A stretch of DNA of 64,000 nucleotides from a virus. Lineage: Duplodnaviria; Caudoviricetes. Shown in pieces: positions 9,329 to 19,673 of the stretch. The position numbers and the translations under genes were made by a program. The stretch is taken from the IMG/VR virus record IMGVR_UViG_3300023173_000013, positions 7,021 through 71,020 of that record; one strand, given 5' to 3'. The notes beneath the pieces were generated by a model. It ran no database searches and was not told the origin of the DNA. It saw only the letters and a program-made list of their open reading frames with translations. Positions within the stretch are counted from its first letter, which is position 1. Each line of letters opens with the position of its first letter.

Positions 9329-12300
9329 ATGAGTAACATCTTAGAGAATAGACCCTTTGCAGGAAATTGGTCACAGGACATTCTGAACAAGCATAGGAAA
9401 GTTGTCTCATGGACACCTGATGCTATCGTTTTGTTGAATGGTGATACGAGGATTGCAGGGTGTAATGAGTGCAAAAATAAGATTGATTTCCAAGCGTTCA
9501 TCACATCTGTGGGGACAAATGCAGGAACGACATCGGGAGACATGACAGCTTCCATAGAAATGTCAATCCCAGGTCATTATGGAGACTCTATTTTCAAAGA
9601 CGGTGAGTTCATATTCTCAACAGGGGTAGAGGTGAATGTTTACTATCGAGGGTTCTTTGAAATAGAGGGGTTGAGCGAAGAAAATTCTGTGGACATAGGA
9701 AATGATGAGACAGCCGATTTAAGCAAGGTAAAGATGCGACCTTACTATCCCGTATTTCATGGGGTAGTCGTGTCTGTGAGTTATAACTTTAGTGGTGGTT
9801 TTTATAGTGCAAGTCTGAGCTGTAACTCGCTTCTCCATTTCTGGCAAAACCAAAAAGTAAATACGAATGCGGCTTATTTAGCGGCAGGACCTGCCGAATC
9901 AAGAGGTTCATTGAGGTTAGATGGTCACGTTTATACAGACATGACTCCTCATCAGATTATCTTTGATCTATTTCGAGATTCGGGTGGTTCAATGGACGGG
10001 CTTGAGTGGGTGTTTAGCTCATCAGGAAATCAGAAAGCCAAGAGTGCTGCAGGTGGCAGTATGTTCTCACAAACTCTGAGGTATTGGGAAAACCGATTTG
10101 CGGCAGGTATGTATGGGCTAAGAATGTATGGTGCTTCGGGTGCTATGTTTTCTAGCTTACAGACAGCATTTCTTGGAGATACGAGAGCCAAAAAGAGAAA
10201 AGGTGGGGAAGTAAGGAAGCTGATTAAAGGTCAGCATAATGTGACTCAAAACGCCAAAGTGACAAAGGGTTCTTTATTAAGTCTTGCGAGGGTTTTAGGG
10301 TTAGCTGTCCCAGATGCAAATAGGAAGATGATGAATGTCCTCGATCTTCAGTTCCAAGTAGAAACAGATGACACGAACAGAGGTGGTGTTGGACTTTTAG
10401 CTACCGAACTCAAAGCGTTTATTACTGATATTGGCTCGTTAGGAAATGTAGAGCTATTTCAGACTAGCTATGAATCCAAGCAAGGCATTGCTGATACTGT
10501 GGCTGAGAAAGTCGGGTATGAGTTTTATCAAGATGTAGATGGTGACTTGGTGTTCAAACCCCCTATGTATAACCTCGACACAAGATCGAGTCGGGTTTAT
10601 ACAATTAAGAGAGAAGACGTATTAGACATTTCCTTTGAGAACCAAGAGCCTGAATATACTTATGCTGTATGCAAAGGGAGTATGTTCCGAAATCTAGGTG
10701 GAATGTCTATGGAAGGTACTTGGGGTGTTAAGGGTACTTATGTCGATTATAGACTAGTGGCGAAGTATGGTTGGAAGCCTTTAGAGTTTGACACTACTTT
10801 CTTTAACAACAAGCGATCAGCGTTCTTTGCCGCTGTTGTGGAGCTTGAGAAAAAAAACTTAAACATGAACGGGTGTACTTTAAGTATTCCTATGCGACCC
10901 GAACTAAAACCAGGCTACCCTATCTACATTGAGCATATAGATTGCTTCTATTATGTGAGTGGTATTTCCCATAGTTTCTCTTTCGGTTCTGACTGCACAA
11001 CGGGTTTAACTCTGACAGCTCGAAGAAAGAAATTTATACCCCCTGGCGACCCGAATGTTGGGGGTATTAAAGGTGTCAGATTAGACGACCCTTCATTTCC
11101 CCCGAAGTATTTAGTTTACAAGGATAAAAAATTAGGGGTTTACAAGAATTTAGGGTTTCCTAATGTAGTGATGGCACTAGACCCAACCAAACCTAACCCT
11201 GCCCATTTCCCTTATGCTTTTGATATGGTCAAAGGTGCGTCTACGAGCTTGAACTCGAAAGAGCGAAAGAAGTATCGCAACCTCATCATTCAATATGCGT
11301 ATAGTCTTGGCATACTAAAACTTAAAGCAAAGACAGATGACCCTGTGGCTTTAACAGCCCCTGAGTTTTTGAAAGGACCTTGGGTCTTAACAACTGAGTC
11401 GGGAGATAAAGAGCTTTCTTTAGAGTCTAAAAGATACCCTATAAAAACTAAGAGCAAAGCGACAAAAAAAACAAAAGCTCCTGCTAGTGGTGGTAAGGCT
11501 GACAGTAAGTCTAAAACAGACCCTTCAAAGACAGGTCCTAAACCTGCTGAGAAACCTGCTGAGAAAACTCAAGAAAAGAGTGGTGACGCAAGTAAGCCTG
11601 CGAAGACCCCTGTAAAAAAAGCTCGCCCGAAATACTATACAGTCACCTCTTTGAGAGGTGAAACAAGTCTTTTACAAGCGACTCAAGAATATGAAAAAGG
11701 GCGTAGGGAAGTTGCTCGTTTAAGAAAGAGAGGCGATCAAAATGCTGACGCTAAACAAGCCCAAATAGACCAAGCCTATGCCGAAGCGAAAGCAAAACTT
11801 AGAGGGGATGACGAGGCTACTGTGATTGACTTAATCGAAGCAGTAGAGAAGAAAAGAGGGACAGCAGGAAATGCTTTAAAGCCAGGAAATACGGCAGCTA
11901 TTCTGAATGTTCTTTCTGACAAGAAAGCGAGCTTTAGTCCGAACTTGCCAGGTTATTATAGATACTATTCTTCGAGTCACCCTGATGAAGAACACCAAGC
12001 AGGTGAAAGATATAATGGGGATACAGATGCGACTGAGACACTAGAAGCTTCAAGAGTTGATGGTGTGACTGATGTTCAACTCAAAGAACCCACAGGAGGT
12101 AATCCTCTTTTTGATGAAGTGGAAATAGTTGAGAATGGGTCTGTTAAACGAGGTTTTTACACCAAGACTCGTTACACTAAAGGTAACGATGTTATCCCTA
12201 CTAAGAATATCTTTTTCTTGTCCTTTCAGCATCACACACATTTTGAGGAAAAGTCAGCTTCCTATGCTCCTGTTAGTGCTCAAAAAGGCACGAAAGGAAA

Positions 12301-13354
12301 CGTGATTTACGGTAGTGTTATAGGAACTTCCGTATCTTTGATACAGCGTCTAGGTAATGGTAAGAATTTAAAAGCGAGTGACTTAAAAAAGAAGCTGTTT
12401 AGTCGAGCGAAAGGTTCTACGGGACTAACAGGCATTGATGGAGAACTAAGCCCCGAACAAAGTGGCGACCCTGTACTTACTGACAATCTCTTAGCTACGA
12501 TATCCGCGGGGACAGCAACAAAAATTGGAAATTCTTTTAAGAGCAACTACCCTGAGCTTGCCAAAGCAGAAGATGTTGACCCTAAGAAAGTCTTAGAAAT
12601 AGTTAAAGACTATTATAGGACTTTTGGTGTTAAGTTGAACTTAGGGAAGAAAGTGACTTGGAAAAAGTCACCTGCTGGAACAGTCAGAGTGACAGACTTT
12701 AGAAGTCCCATAATCCCTGTTTCTGACGAGGGTGGCTATGAGGTGTTTGGTAGTTACCAATATGGGAGAGGGCTAGACATAATCCCACAATCAGGCTTCG
12801 ATCAGCTCTTAAAAGCAGATACTTCAAGAGCTTTGAGCCAAGCAGAGTTAGATGATGCGATTGATGTTTTTTATAAGGGTAGAAAGAGTCAGTTTAGTGG
12901 TAAGACAGCAGAACAACTCGGTGAGAGCGTGGCAAAGGCAGTGAGGGGTCGAATAGGCTCTGAAAACTTTGAAAAATTAGCAACTCGCTTAGGATTAACC
13001 ATAACAGAACAAGGAGAAGGTAAACAGCAAGCAATACTTAAAGGAATCGGAAATGCAATCATATCACAAGGCAGTAAAGAACAAGTTGTGACAAATGTGC
13101 CTACGAGACTTACAGATTTAAGACCTTTAACGAGAAATGATGCGGCTTGCGATTGTAGGGGCGATACAAGTGATGTTGAGATGTTCCTTGCAGATACAGG
13201 TAACATCTTAGCAGTATCAACTCCAAGAGATGATATTGGCGACAGTAAGATTGTAGAGCATTATGTGAAAGAAATAGACGAGAAGAAGAAGACTTGGGAA
13301 GAACGACAACAGCAACTACAGGGACTCAAGAAAGTACAGGGAGGTGAGGAATGA
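9329..13354 (+). CDS. Baseplate hub protein (gp27/gp44-like N-terminal region) with a long C-terminal extension
   Basis: 1341 aa. Hub-like motifs YEFYQDVDGDLVFKPPMYN and LSIPMRPELKPGYPIY...FYYVSGISHSFSFG, a Lys/Pro-rich linker, and a position just before the spike gene. Confidence 0.65.
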   Translation: MSNILENRPFAGNWSQDILNKHRKVVSWTPDAIVLLNGDTRIAGCNECKNKIDFQAFITSVGTNAGTTSGDMTASIEMSIPGHYGDSIFKDGEFIFSTGVEVNVYYRGFFEIEGLSEENSVDIGNDETADLSKVKMRPYYPVFHGVVVSVSYNFSGGFYSASLSCNSLLHFWQNQKVNTNAAYLAAGPAESRGSLRLDGHVYTDMTPHQIIFDLFRDSGGSMDGLEWVFSSSGNQKAKSAAGGSMFSQTLRYWENRFAAGMYGLRMYGASGAMFSSLQTAFLGDTRAKKRKGGEVRKLIKGQHNVTQNAKVTKGSLLSLARVLGLAVPDANRKMMNVLDLQFQVETDDTNRGGVGLLATELKAFITDIGSLGNVELFQTSYESKQGIADTVAEKVGYEFYQDVDGDLVFKPPMYNLDTRSSRVYTIKREDVLDISFENQEPEYTYAVCKGSMFRNLGGMSMEGTWGVKGTYVDYRLVAKYGWKPLEFDTTFFNNKRSAFFAAVVELEKKNLNMNGCTLSIPMRPELKPGYPIYIEHIDCFYYVSGISHSFSFGSDCTTGLTLTARRKKFIPPGDPNVGGIKGVRLDDPSFPPKYLVYKDKKLGVYKNLGFPNVVMALDPTKPNPAHFPYAFDMVKGASTSLNSKERKKYRNLIIQYAYSLGILKLKAKTDDPVALTAPEFLKGPWVLTTESGDKELSLESKRYPIKTKSKATKKTKAPASGGKADSKSKTDPSKTGPKPAEKPAEKTQEKSGDASKPAKTPVKKARPKYYTVTSLRGETSLLQATQEYEKGRREVARLRKRGDQNADAKQAQIDQAYAEAKAKLRGDDEATVIDLIEAVEKKRGTAGNALKPGNTAAILNVLSDKKASFSPNLPGYYRYYSSSHPDEEHQAGERYNGDTDATETLEASRVDGVTDVQLKEPTGGNPLFDEVEIVENGSVKRGFYTKTRYTKGNDVIPTKNIFFLSFQHHTHFEEKSASYAPVSAQKGTKGNVIYGSVIGTSVSLIQRLGNGKNLKASDLKKKLFSRAKGSTGLTGIDGELSPEQSGDPVLTDNLLATISAGTATKIGNSFKSNYPELAKAEDVDPKKVLEIVKDYYRTFGVKLNLGKKVTWKKSPAGTVRVTDFRSPIIPVSDEGGYEVFGSYQYGRGLDIIPQSGFDQLLKADTSRALSQAELDDAIDVFYKGRKSQFSGKTAEQLGESVAKAVRGRIGSENFEKLATRLGLTITEQGEGKQQAILKGIGNAIISQGSKEQVVTNVPTRLTDLRPLTRNDAACDCRGDTSDVEMFLADTGNILAVSTPRDDIGDSKIVEHYVKEIDEKKKTWEERQQQLQGLKKVQGGEE

Positions 13355-15687
13355 GTGAGTTAAAACGAGCACTAGATAAGGCTTTAATGGGGGTTGATTT
13401 ACCCAAAGCCAACTTAGAAATGAGTTCGGGGCAACTTGCTCAGAGTAATCCGAGTTTAGGGTGGTCTGCTCTTTCACTAGGGGTCGCTAAAATCCTTGAT
13501 GTGTACCATGAGGAAATGAGGTGCAATATTGAGGTGGTAGTAGGAGAGAAAAACAGACCCAAGTGGACAGGGGTAGAGATTACAGCCGCTTGTTCGGGTG
13601 CTCGTCATTTCTTAGGGGGTATTCCTCAAAAGGGTGACTTCTGTATTGTAGGTTGGTATGCGAACTCGAATCAGAGTGCTGACCGAAAGCAACCTGTGAT
13701 TCTGACTTGGATGACGAGGACTCCTTATTTCGGGCATGATTGGCTTCCTGTTCAAGACTACACAACCGAAGAAAACGTACTAGAGACTCCCAAGCAGAGG
13801 CAGTCTATTTCCCAAGTGGGTCAGAGATTACGTTTTAAGATGAGGCATCTCGAACAAGGAAATATCCTTGCGAGTTCTTCACAGGGTTCTGATCTCGTGC
13901 TAGATGAGAGTGTACTTCTCACCAATAGGCGAGCGAATGAAATAAGACTTCGAGATCAAGATCAAGCGATTGTGATGAGGTCTTTACAGCAGTTCCATAC
14001 GATGTCGGGTGCTAGGGTGTATGCAGGCATGGTGCAGAGAGATGCACAGCATATCCCAAAGGAAATGATTTCTGATGGTAAGACTTGGGATGGGGAAATG
14101 CAGGTTACTTCAGAGGGTCTTCCTCTTTCAGAAGCCGAATTCCCTGATAGCGAATACCCTTATAATAAGCTGACTCCACATAAGCTATTTCTGAGAGATA
14201 GTGATGGCAAGACAGAGTTTAGTAAAGACGAGGGCATTATCAATCCTTGGCTTGACCCTTATGTTTTCTTTTTAGAAGCAGGTCTAATCAATGAAGATCA
14301 CTTCGTATCTTCTCGTTCGGGAGAAGCGTTATACGGAGGTAAGTCAATCCTCAGACTAGACAGTAAAGGTGATGATGTTTCTTTAAGTGGAGGAGCGTTG
14401 TCTGAGTATCGTATTGAGGTGAGTCATACGACAGATGGTTCGCTTCCTGTGACAGAGCAGACAGACGGGTTTGATTCTAATCGACTGAGTGGAGAAGCTC
14501 CATTAGTTGAGTTTGTCATGGGTAGCGTAGTAGGAAATGACCCCTTTGGTACAGAGCGTCAGACTTATGGTGTGCCTCTAGGAGTTTCTTTTAGAGGTGG
14601 GGTAGGTAAGTTGCAGGCTTCAATCACAGGTTCGATTGGGGATCAAGCGGCTACTCTCCTGAAGATCAACCCTCTTGATACTAGGCTTGAGGACTCTTTC
14701 ATTTCTTTCACTAAGAATGGGAGCTTGAAGGCACAGATTTCAGAGCGTAGTCAGAACGCATTTCAAGCACGAGTGGAGGGTGGTGCGAGTGTTAGCACAG
14801 GGGGTTCATTTAGACTTAACTCATCTGCTGTGTTGATTGAGGGTAGTCGAAAGGGAGCTAATGCTTTTGGAATAGAGATTACTTCTCGTAAGAATGCAGT
14901 CCATATCTTTGGTGGGGGGAATGTAGTCCCAAACAATGGGGCTACGGGTCAGTTTGTCGAGGAAGAACCGATCAGCGTCAATCTCGCAGGTGTTAAGGGT
15001 ATTGCACTTCAGAGTGGTAGCGTTATCAAGATGACAGCTCCTGTTTTGGACTTTACGAATGTTCGTTCTATACGCTATGGAGCACAAGAGACAATGAACA
15101 TGAGTAGTGGTAAGTCTGTGACGATGGACACGACTAACATTAAGGAAATAGCGACAGGTTCAAAGCAAACTGTGGTGTCGGGTCCGGGTGATGTTAATCC
15201 GTTAAATCCACAGGGCATTGATGAGCAGATTACTTGTTCGCCTGCTACGGGTAGCGTTGGTGGAGCAGTTAAGAATGAAAAGGTTTATTTCGGAGATGTG
15301 AACAAGACAACGGTGCTTGCAGGTGACAGAAATACGACTGTTTCTTTAGGGAACATCAACCATACTTCCTACTTGGGTTCGGTTGTTTCCAAGTCAGCTT
15401 TGAACGAGATAGCTCTTAATCCTGATAGTATTAATGTTAAAGCAACATTAGGGAACGTAGACATTTCCTCAGTTGTGGGTAAGGTGTCTATTTCTTCTTC
15501 ACTTGGAGTTGATGTGACGAGTGCAGGACCTGTGAATATAACGGGGGCTTCAATACTCTTAACGGGGAAGGCAGGTTCACCTGTGGGTGGGAATGTGTTA
15601 TGTGGTTCTGACCTACACCCTTTGATTGGTAAGCCTTATGCTGTTTTGGGTTTGATACCTAGAACGATTAACCTTGCGACTGTTTAG
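13351..15687 (+). CDS. Baseplate central spike (gp5/VgrG-like OB-fold plus beta-helix)
   Basis: N-terminal OB-fold-like region (AKILDVY...GGIPQKGDFCIVGW) and a long Ser/Gly/Val/Thr-rich beta-repeat C-terminus. Confidence 0.65.
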   Translation: MSELKRALDKALMGVDLPKANLEMSSGQLAQSNPSLGWSALSLGVAKILDVYHEEMRCNIEVVVGEKNRPKWTGVEITAACSGARHFLGGIPQKGDFCIVGWYANSNQSADRKQPVILTWMTRTPYFGHDWLPVQDYTTEENVLETPKQRQSISQVGQRLRFKMRHLEQGNILASSSQGSDLVLDESVLLTNRRANEIRLRDQDQAIVMRSLQQFHTMSGARVYAGMVQRDAQHIPKEMISDGKTWDGEMQVTSEGLPLSEAEFPDSEYPYNKLTPHKLFLRDSDGKTEFSKDEGIINPWLDPYVFFLEAGLINEDHFVSSRSGEALYGGKSILRLDSKGDDVSLSGGALSEYRIEVSHTTDGSLPVTEQTDGFDSNRLSGEAPLVEFVMGSVVGNDPFGTERQTYGVPLGVSFRGGVGKLQASITGSIGDQAATLLKINPLDTRLEDSFISFTKNGSLKAQISERSQNAFQARVEGGASVSTGGSFRLNSSAVLIEGSRKGANAFGIEITSRKNAVHIFGGGNVVPNNGATGQFVEEEPISVNLAGVKGIALQSGSVIKMTAPVLDFTNVRSIRYGAQETMNMSSGKSVTMDTTNIKEIATGSKQTVVSGPGDVNPLNPQGIDEQITCSPATGSVGGAVKNEKVYFGDVNKTTVLAGDRNTTVSLGNINHTSYLGSVVSKSALNEIALNPDSINVKATLGNVDISSVVGKVSISSSLGVDVTSAGPVNITGASILLTGKAGSPVGGNVLCGSDLHPLIGKPYAVLGLIPRTINLATV

Positions 15688-16469
15688 AGGTCTGAGAGGT
15701 CAACTTCTTCTTGAGTAGAGAGCCATTTAAGAAATGCTTCTCGATGTTCTTGGAAGTCTCGAAACTCAGCAAAGGTCTTTTGGTCGAGGGTTTCAGTAGA
15801 CCAATTAATACCACTCTTAGCGTCACCTTTTTGGTCAGCTTCTTTCTTGCTATCAAAGAGTTGGTCAGCGTTCTTGAACGTCCAATGTCCGTCTTTCTTA
15901 TCAACAGGAGTGACGATCACTCCTACGCTTATGTCAGTCACTTCACCTTTCCATGAAACCCCTGCTGTGTGTACCCATATTATATCACCGAGCTTGGGTA
16001 TATCTGCGTCACCGTTCGTAGCGAGATCAGAAATGCGTTTAGGTCGAGTCGTGGTCGTTTTAGGGATATTTCCTGAGACATACTCTGAGGGGGTATATCC
16101 TCGTCTGTCCCTCTTCTCTTTCTTGGGTTTTGAGGGTGTTTTTTCTTCAGGGGGGGTGAAGCCTGACTCTATACTTGGAGAGGGGTTTGAGGGTGTTTCA
16201 TTTCCGATACTCAGAATATCAGTCTGAGTAGGGGTGTCAGAGGGTACGAGTATCTCCTTACCTTTATACTCTTCGATCTTGAAGTAGCCCTTTTGGACAC
16301 CGTAGTTGACGATCATTATCCACCGAGAAGACCCCATCTTAGAGATGCCGATAGCTTGGCAAGCAAAGGGCTTCCAATGGTCGATTTTCTTACGCTTCGA
16401 CCCCTTTTTTGCGAGGTCAGACTTGAGTTCTTTTAGTATGGCTTCACAAGCTGTCTTTTGTTCGTTCAT
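15684..16469 (-). CDS. Hypothetical protein
   Basis: 261-aa ORF with RBS CAGGAGG and a Pro/Ser/Thr-rich central linker. Confidence 0.55.
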   Translation of the reverse strand: MNEQKTACEAILKELKSDLAKKGSKRKKIDHWKPFACQAIGISKMGSSRWIMIVNYGVQKGYFKIEEYKGKEILVPSDTPTQTDILSIGNETPSNPSPSIESGFTPPEEKTPSKPKKEKRDRRGYTPSEYVSGNIPKTTTTRPKRISDLATNGDADIPKLGDIIWVHTAGVSWKGEVTDISVGVIVTPVDKKDGHWTFKNADQLFDSKKEADQKGDAKSGINWSTETLDQKTFAEFRDFQEHREAFLKWLSTQEEVDLSDL

Positions 16470-16543
16470 ATTTCCTCCTGTAGAACCTATATATCAGATT
16501 TGTAGATTATCTATCTTGGGTATGAGTTAATAAAACAGGAGAA

Positions 16544-17878
16544 ATGATTATGAGAAGACTAGCTAAAGCTAATGTAAATCCTATGAGACAGAGATCGCAG
16601 TATTCTTGCGTTGCCGCTTCAACTTGTATGGCACTTAATGCTCTTGGGGTTAAGTGTAACGAAGATGATGTGAATAAAGTAATCGGTGCAAAGCCGATGC
16701 AAGGTGCTAGGTGGGAAGAAGTCTTAGCCTGTGCTCAGTATTTCGGTTGTCGAGCAACCCTTACTACCCCTGCCACCCTCACTCAAGTAAAGGAATGGAC
16801 AGATCAAGGTAAGCCTGTCTTGATCGCATGGAATCCTGAAGGCAGGGATTGGAGTCACGCTAGTCTTATCTTTGATGTGACAGGAGAAAAGGGTAGCTAT
16901 ATCGTTCATGTGGCAGACCCTAATATCCCCAATCCCGACAAAACGACTCGTGAAGTAGAAGAAGACGAGTTTTATTCTAAGTGGTTTGAGAAATGGCCTA
17001 ACTACTTGGTGCGTAGACCTGCTTTAATGATCGACAGGGAAATAACTGAAGACGGCAGGCAGATCATGGCGAGCACTAAGACTGCTAGTATGGTCGAGCG
17101 TGTTGCTTCTAAGTACATTAAGGACTTGCATGGGCATGAGTTTGGACCGATTAGAGGTATGGAAGGTCCTATTCGCTTTAAGAATGGGCAAGTGCTTTAT
17201 TATGACCCAAGAGAAAATGGGGGCACTTATTACGACTCTCGGAAAGATATGTATCTTTCAGATAAAGAAATGGATTATATCCTAGCAGGGAAATATGGTT
17301 GGGAAAAGTCGGCAGGTGCAAGGGACAAGCCAAGAACCTTACAGGGAGGTACGATTAAAGTACCTATTAGGGGAGGTCATGTTCTTATTTCTAAGTGGGC
17401 TTTAGATCACATTATGATGCACAATGAAATCGGTACGGGGTCAGTATTCTCTAGGGGTATGAATGAGCGTACTTTGATTAATCTTGTGCAGAAAGCTCCG
17501 ATCAAAGGAAATGGTGGGTTATACACTATGAAGGCTAGTGGCGTGGGTTATGACTTAGTTATGCCTATAGAGGAAGCACTTGCTCTACCTGACGCAGTTC
17601 AGACTGAGGCAGTTAAAGAGGAACGAGGCAAGAAAGTGATTGTCCCTGCTGTTGAAACGTCAGCACCTCTAAGAGCATTTCAGACTGACGTAGTTACTTT
17701 GATCGTAAGACCAAGTAATCCTCAATTTTTACCTGCTGACGCTAAGCGTATTCCTGCAATTCTTGAAGAAGTTCGAGATGGTAGGTCTTATTCAGTTCTA
17801 ACAGCATTTCCCGGAGACCCTGATGTACCTGTGGCTTCTCAATGGGGTGGTCGGTTTGCAGTAGTAATCCCTAAGTAG
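16544..17878 (+). CDS. Multidomain protein: N-terminal C39-like cysteine peptidase plus two further domains separated by K-x-A linkers
   Basis: RQRSQYSCVAAS (Gln oxyanion / Cys nucleophile), DWSHASL (His) and VADPN (Asp) form the C39/papain-like set. Linkers: KTAS..RVASKY and EKSA. Confidence 0.7.
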   Translation: MIMRRLAKANVNPMRQRSQYSCVAASTCMALNALGVKCNEDDVNKVIGAKPMQGARWEEVLACAQYFGCRATLTTPATLTQVKEWTDQGKPVLIAWNPEGRDWSHASLIFDVTGEKGSYIVHVADPNIPNPDKTTREVEEDEFYSKWFEKWPNYLVRRPALMIDREITEDGRQIMASTKTASMVERVASKYIKDLHGHEFGPIRGMEGPIRFKNGQVLYYDPRENGGTYYDSRKDMYLSDKEMDYILAGKYGWEKSAGARDKPRTLQGGTIKVPIRGGHVLISKWALDHIMMHNEIGTGSVFSRGMNERTLINLVQKAPIKGNGGLYTMKASGVGYDLVMPIEEALALPDAVQTEAVKEERGKKVIVPAVETSAPLRAFQTDVVTLIVRPSNPQFLPADAKRIPAILEEVRDGRSYSVLTAFPGDPDVPVASQWGGRFAVVIPK

Positions 17879-17939
17879 TTGTAGCTACTTTATAACACAG
17901 AGGCTTTGTACTCTTTCAGAATCTTAAAGGACATCAATC

Positions 17940-18839
17940 ATGGCAGACATCTTTGATAAAATCGCCTCTGACTTCATTTCAGAGAAGGCATCTACTCCCT
18001 CAAACAACGGGGACATCTTTGACAAGATCGCTTCGGACTTCATTTCTAAGCGAGCCTCTTCACTTTCACAACCACTTCGCTCTAACTATGACTACGGTGA
18101 GAAACACGCTACGTCATTCTTAGACATGGACGAAGATGGTGATGGTCGTATTTCTCCTGAAGAATGGGAAGAGGGTTTTGACGGACTTGATTCTGACAAC
18201 TCAGGTTTCCTACAGGGAGAGGAGTGGGATAACCCTAACTTCGACCTTATTGACGAAGATGGTGACGGTGTTATTTCTCGTGACGAATGGTCTGAGGGAT
18301 TTGATGAGATTGATGCTGACGATGACGGCTTCATTTCTGAGACTGAATACTACAAGAAAGCTTCAAGGTTCGCTTCTGATCTTACAGAGGTAGACGAGAT
18401 TGTAGATGATCTTCAAGAAGACCTTGAAGAAGTAGATGACATTGTAGACGACCTTGTAGATGAGGAGGAGTTCTCAGGCAGATTTGTTTCAGATTTTGAT
18501 GCTGAAATGGAGATGCACAAATCAGCTCGCTTCCATGCTGGACCGAAAGGCAAGAAAGAGTTTGAGCAATGGAAGAAAGAAAACCCTGAAGCAGGGGAAG
18601 AATTCGACAAGCAAACAGAAATCAACAAAGATGTTGTTAAGAATCGTGCTAAAGCTATGAATTCTGAAGATTTCCAAGAGCTTGACGAAGAACAGCATGA
18701 GACAGAAGATAAGATCAAAGAACTTGAGAGCAGAGTAGATAAGCTTCAAGGTAAGAAAGAAGAAGTAGTGGATTCTGTCTCTAAGAAAGCTCGCTACGAA
18801 ATCATTGATGATCTAGGTCTTGGTTGGGGAGACTTCTAA
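17940..18839 (+). CDS. Acidic protein with four EF-hand Ca2+-binding loops, probable head-internal protein
   Basis: Loops DEDGDGRISPEE, DSDNSGFLQGEE, DEDGDGVISRDE and DADDDGFISETE fit the 12-residue EF-hand consensus. DIFDKIASDFIS is duplicated at the N-terminus. Confidence 0.75.
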   Translation: MADIFDKIASDFISEKASTPSNNGDIFDKIASDFISKRASSLSQPLRSNYDYGEKHATSFLDMDEDGDGRISPEEWEEGFDGLDSDNSGFLQGEEWDNPNFDLIDEDGDGVISRDEWSEGFDEIDADDDGFISETEYYKKASRFASDLTEVDEIVDDLQEDLEEVDDIVDDLVDEEEFSGRFVSDFDAEMEMHKSARFHAGPKGKKEFEQWKKENPEAGEEFDKQTEINKDVVKNRAKAMNSEDFQELDEEQHETEDKIKELESRVDKLQGKKEEVVDSVSKKARYEIIDDLGLGWGDF

Positions 18840-19363
18840 TGACAATCAAAACTGCAATCCCTGTTGACGAATTTTTAGACGCTAGAGGTAAGGTAGGTCG
18901 TAGAGATGACATGGCTTTACACGCAGGTAACGAGATTGTCATTTCCGATATTTCTTATGACCCTTATAGTCGTCAGAAGATGGTTAGCTATTACAAAGGC
19001 TCACGAAAAGTGACTGCTCCTGCTACTCAGGTCGTTGTTCTAAGTGGTAATAACAAGCCTCGACTTGCTTCAAAAGTAGCTTCACGACACCTTTCTAAGC
19101 GAGCCGATCATCATCATGGGTCATATATGAGCCTTCAGAATGTTCACGAAATGTATACGTTCCTAGACTCGATTGATAATATGATTGGTCACGAAGAAAA
19201 CCTCAAAGAACTAGATGATTGGGTCGAAGATAAAATCTCACACGCCCACGCTATTCTTCAAGACCTACACCGTTATTTCTCGTATGGTCGTGGATATGAC
19301 TCTGACGCTCTTGAGTCAGCAGAAGATTACCACGACTTAAACGAAGGGAAGTTCAAGTTCTAA
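18839..19363 (+). CDS. Hypothetical virion-associated protein (KVASRHLSKRA linker)
   Basis: A TAATG overlap with the previous gene suggests a start at 18839 rather than 18824. Carries the shared motif mid-protein. Confidence 0.55.
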   Translation: MTIKTAIPVDEFLDARGKVGRRDDMALHAGNEIVISDISYDPYSRQKMVSYYKGSRKVTAPATQVVVLSGNNKPRLASKVASRHLSKRADHHHGSYMSLQNVHEMYTFLDSIDNMIGHEENLKELDDWVEDKISHAHAILQDLHRYFSYGRGYDSDALESAEDYHDLNEGKFKF

Positions 19364-19650
19364 ATTAAGTCTTGATACATTTCTCGTAGAGTAGAAATGA
19401 TCTCATCAAAGTCTTTTGTCTCAACCTCAAAGGCAGGGACTTTGATTGAGTACCCCTCTTTGAAGTTGCAGTAAATGTAAACGTCATCGGGGAATTGATG
19501 TTCTTTAAGAACGAGTTGGTATTCAAGACCCACGAGGGTCTTGGAATCGAGCTGAAGATTGATGCCATACTCTCTTGCTTGAAGTATCTGATTAGAAATT
19601 ATTTCTGACTTTGCACTTGTAGTCATTTTATCTCCTGTGTGTTTGGACAC
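19360..19650 (-). CDS. Hypothetical protein (likely start 19626)
   Basis: ORF track; RBS CAGGAGA lies upstream of the ATG at 19626. Confidence 0.45.
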   Translation of the reverse strand: MSKHTGDKMTTSAKSEIISNQILQAREYGINLQLDSKTLVGLEYQLVLKEHQFPDDVYIYCNFKEGYSIKVPAFEVETKDFDEIISTLREMYQDLI

Positions 19651-19673
19651 GTTTTAAAAAAGGGGGGTTCAGA

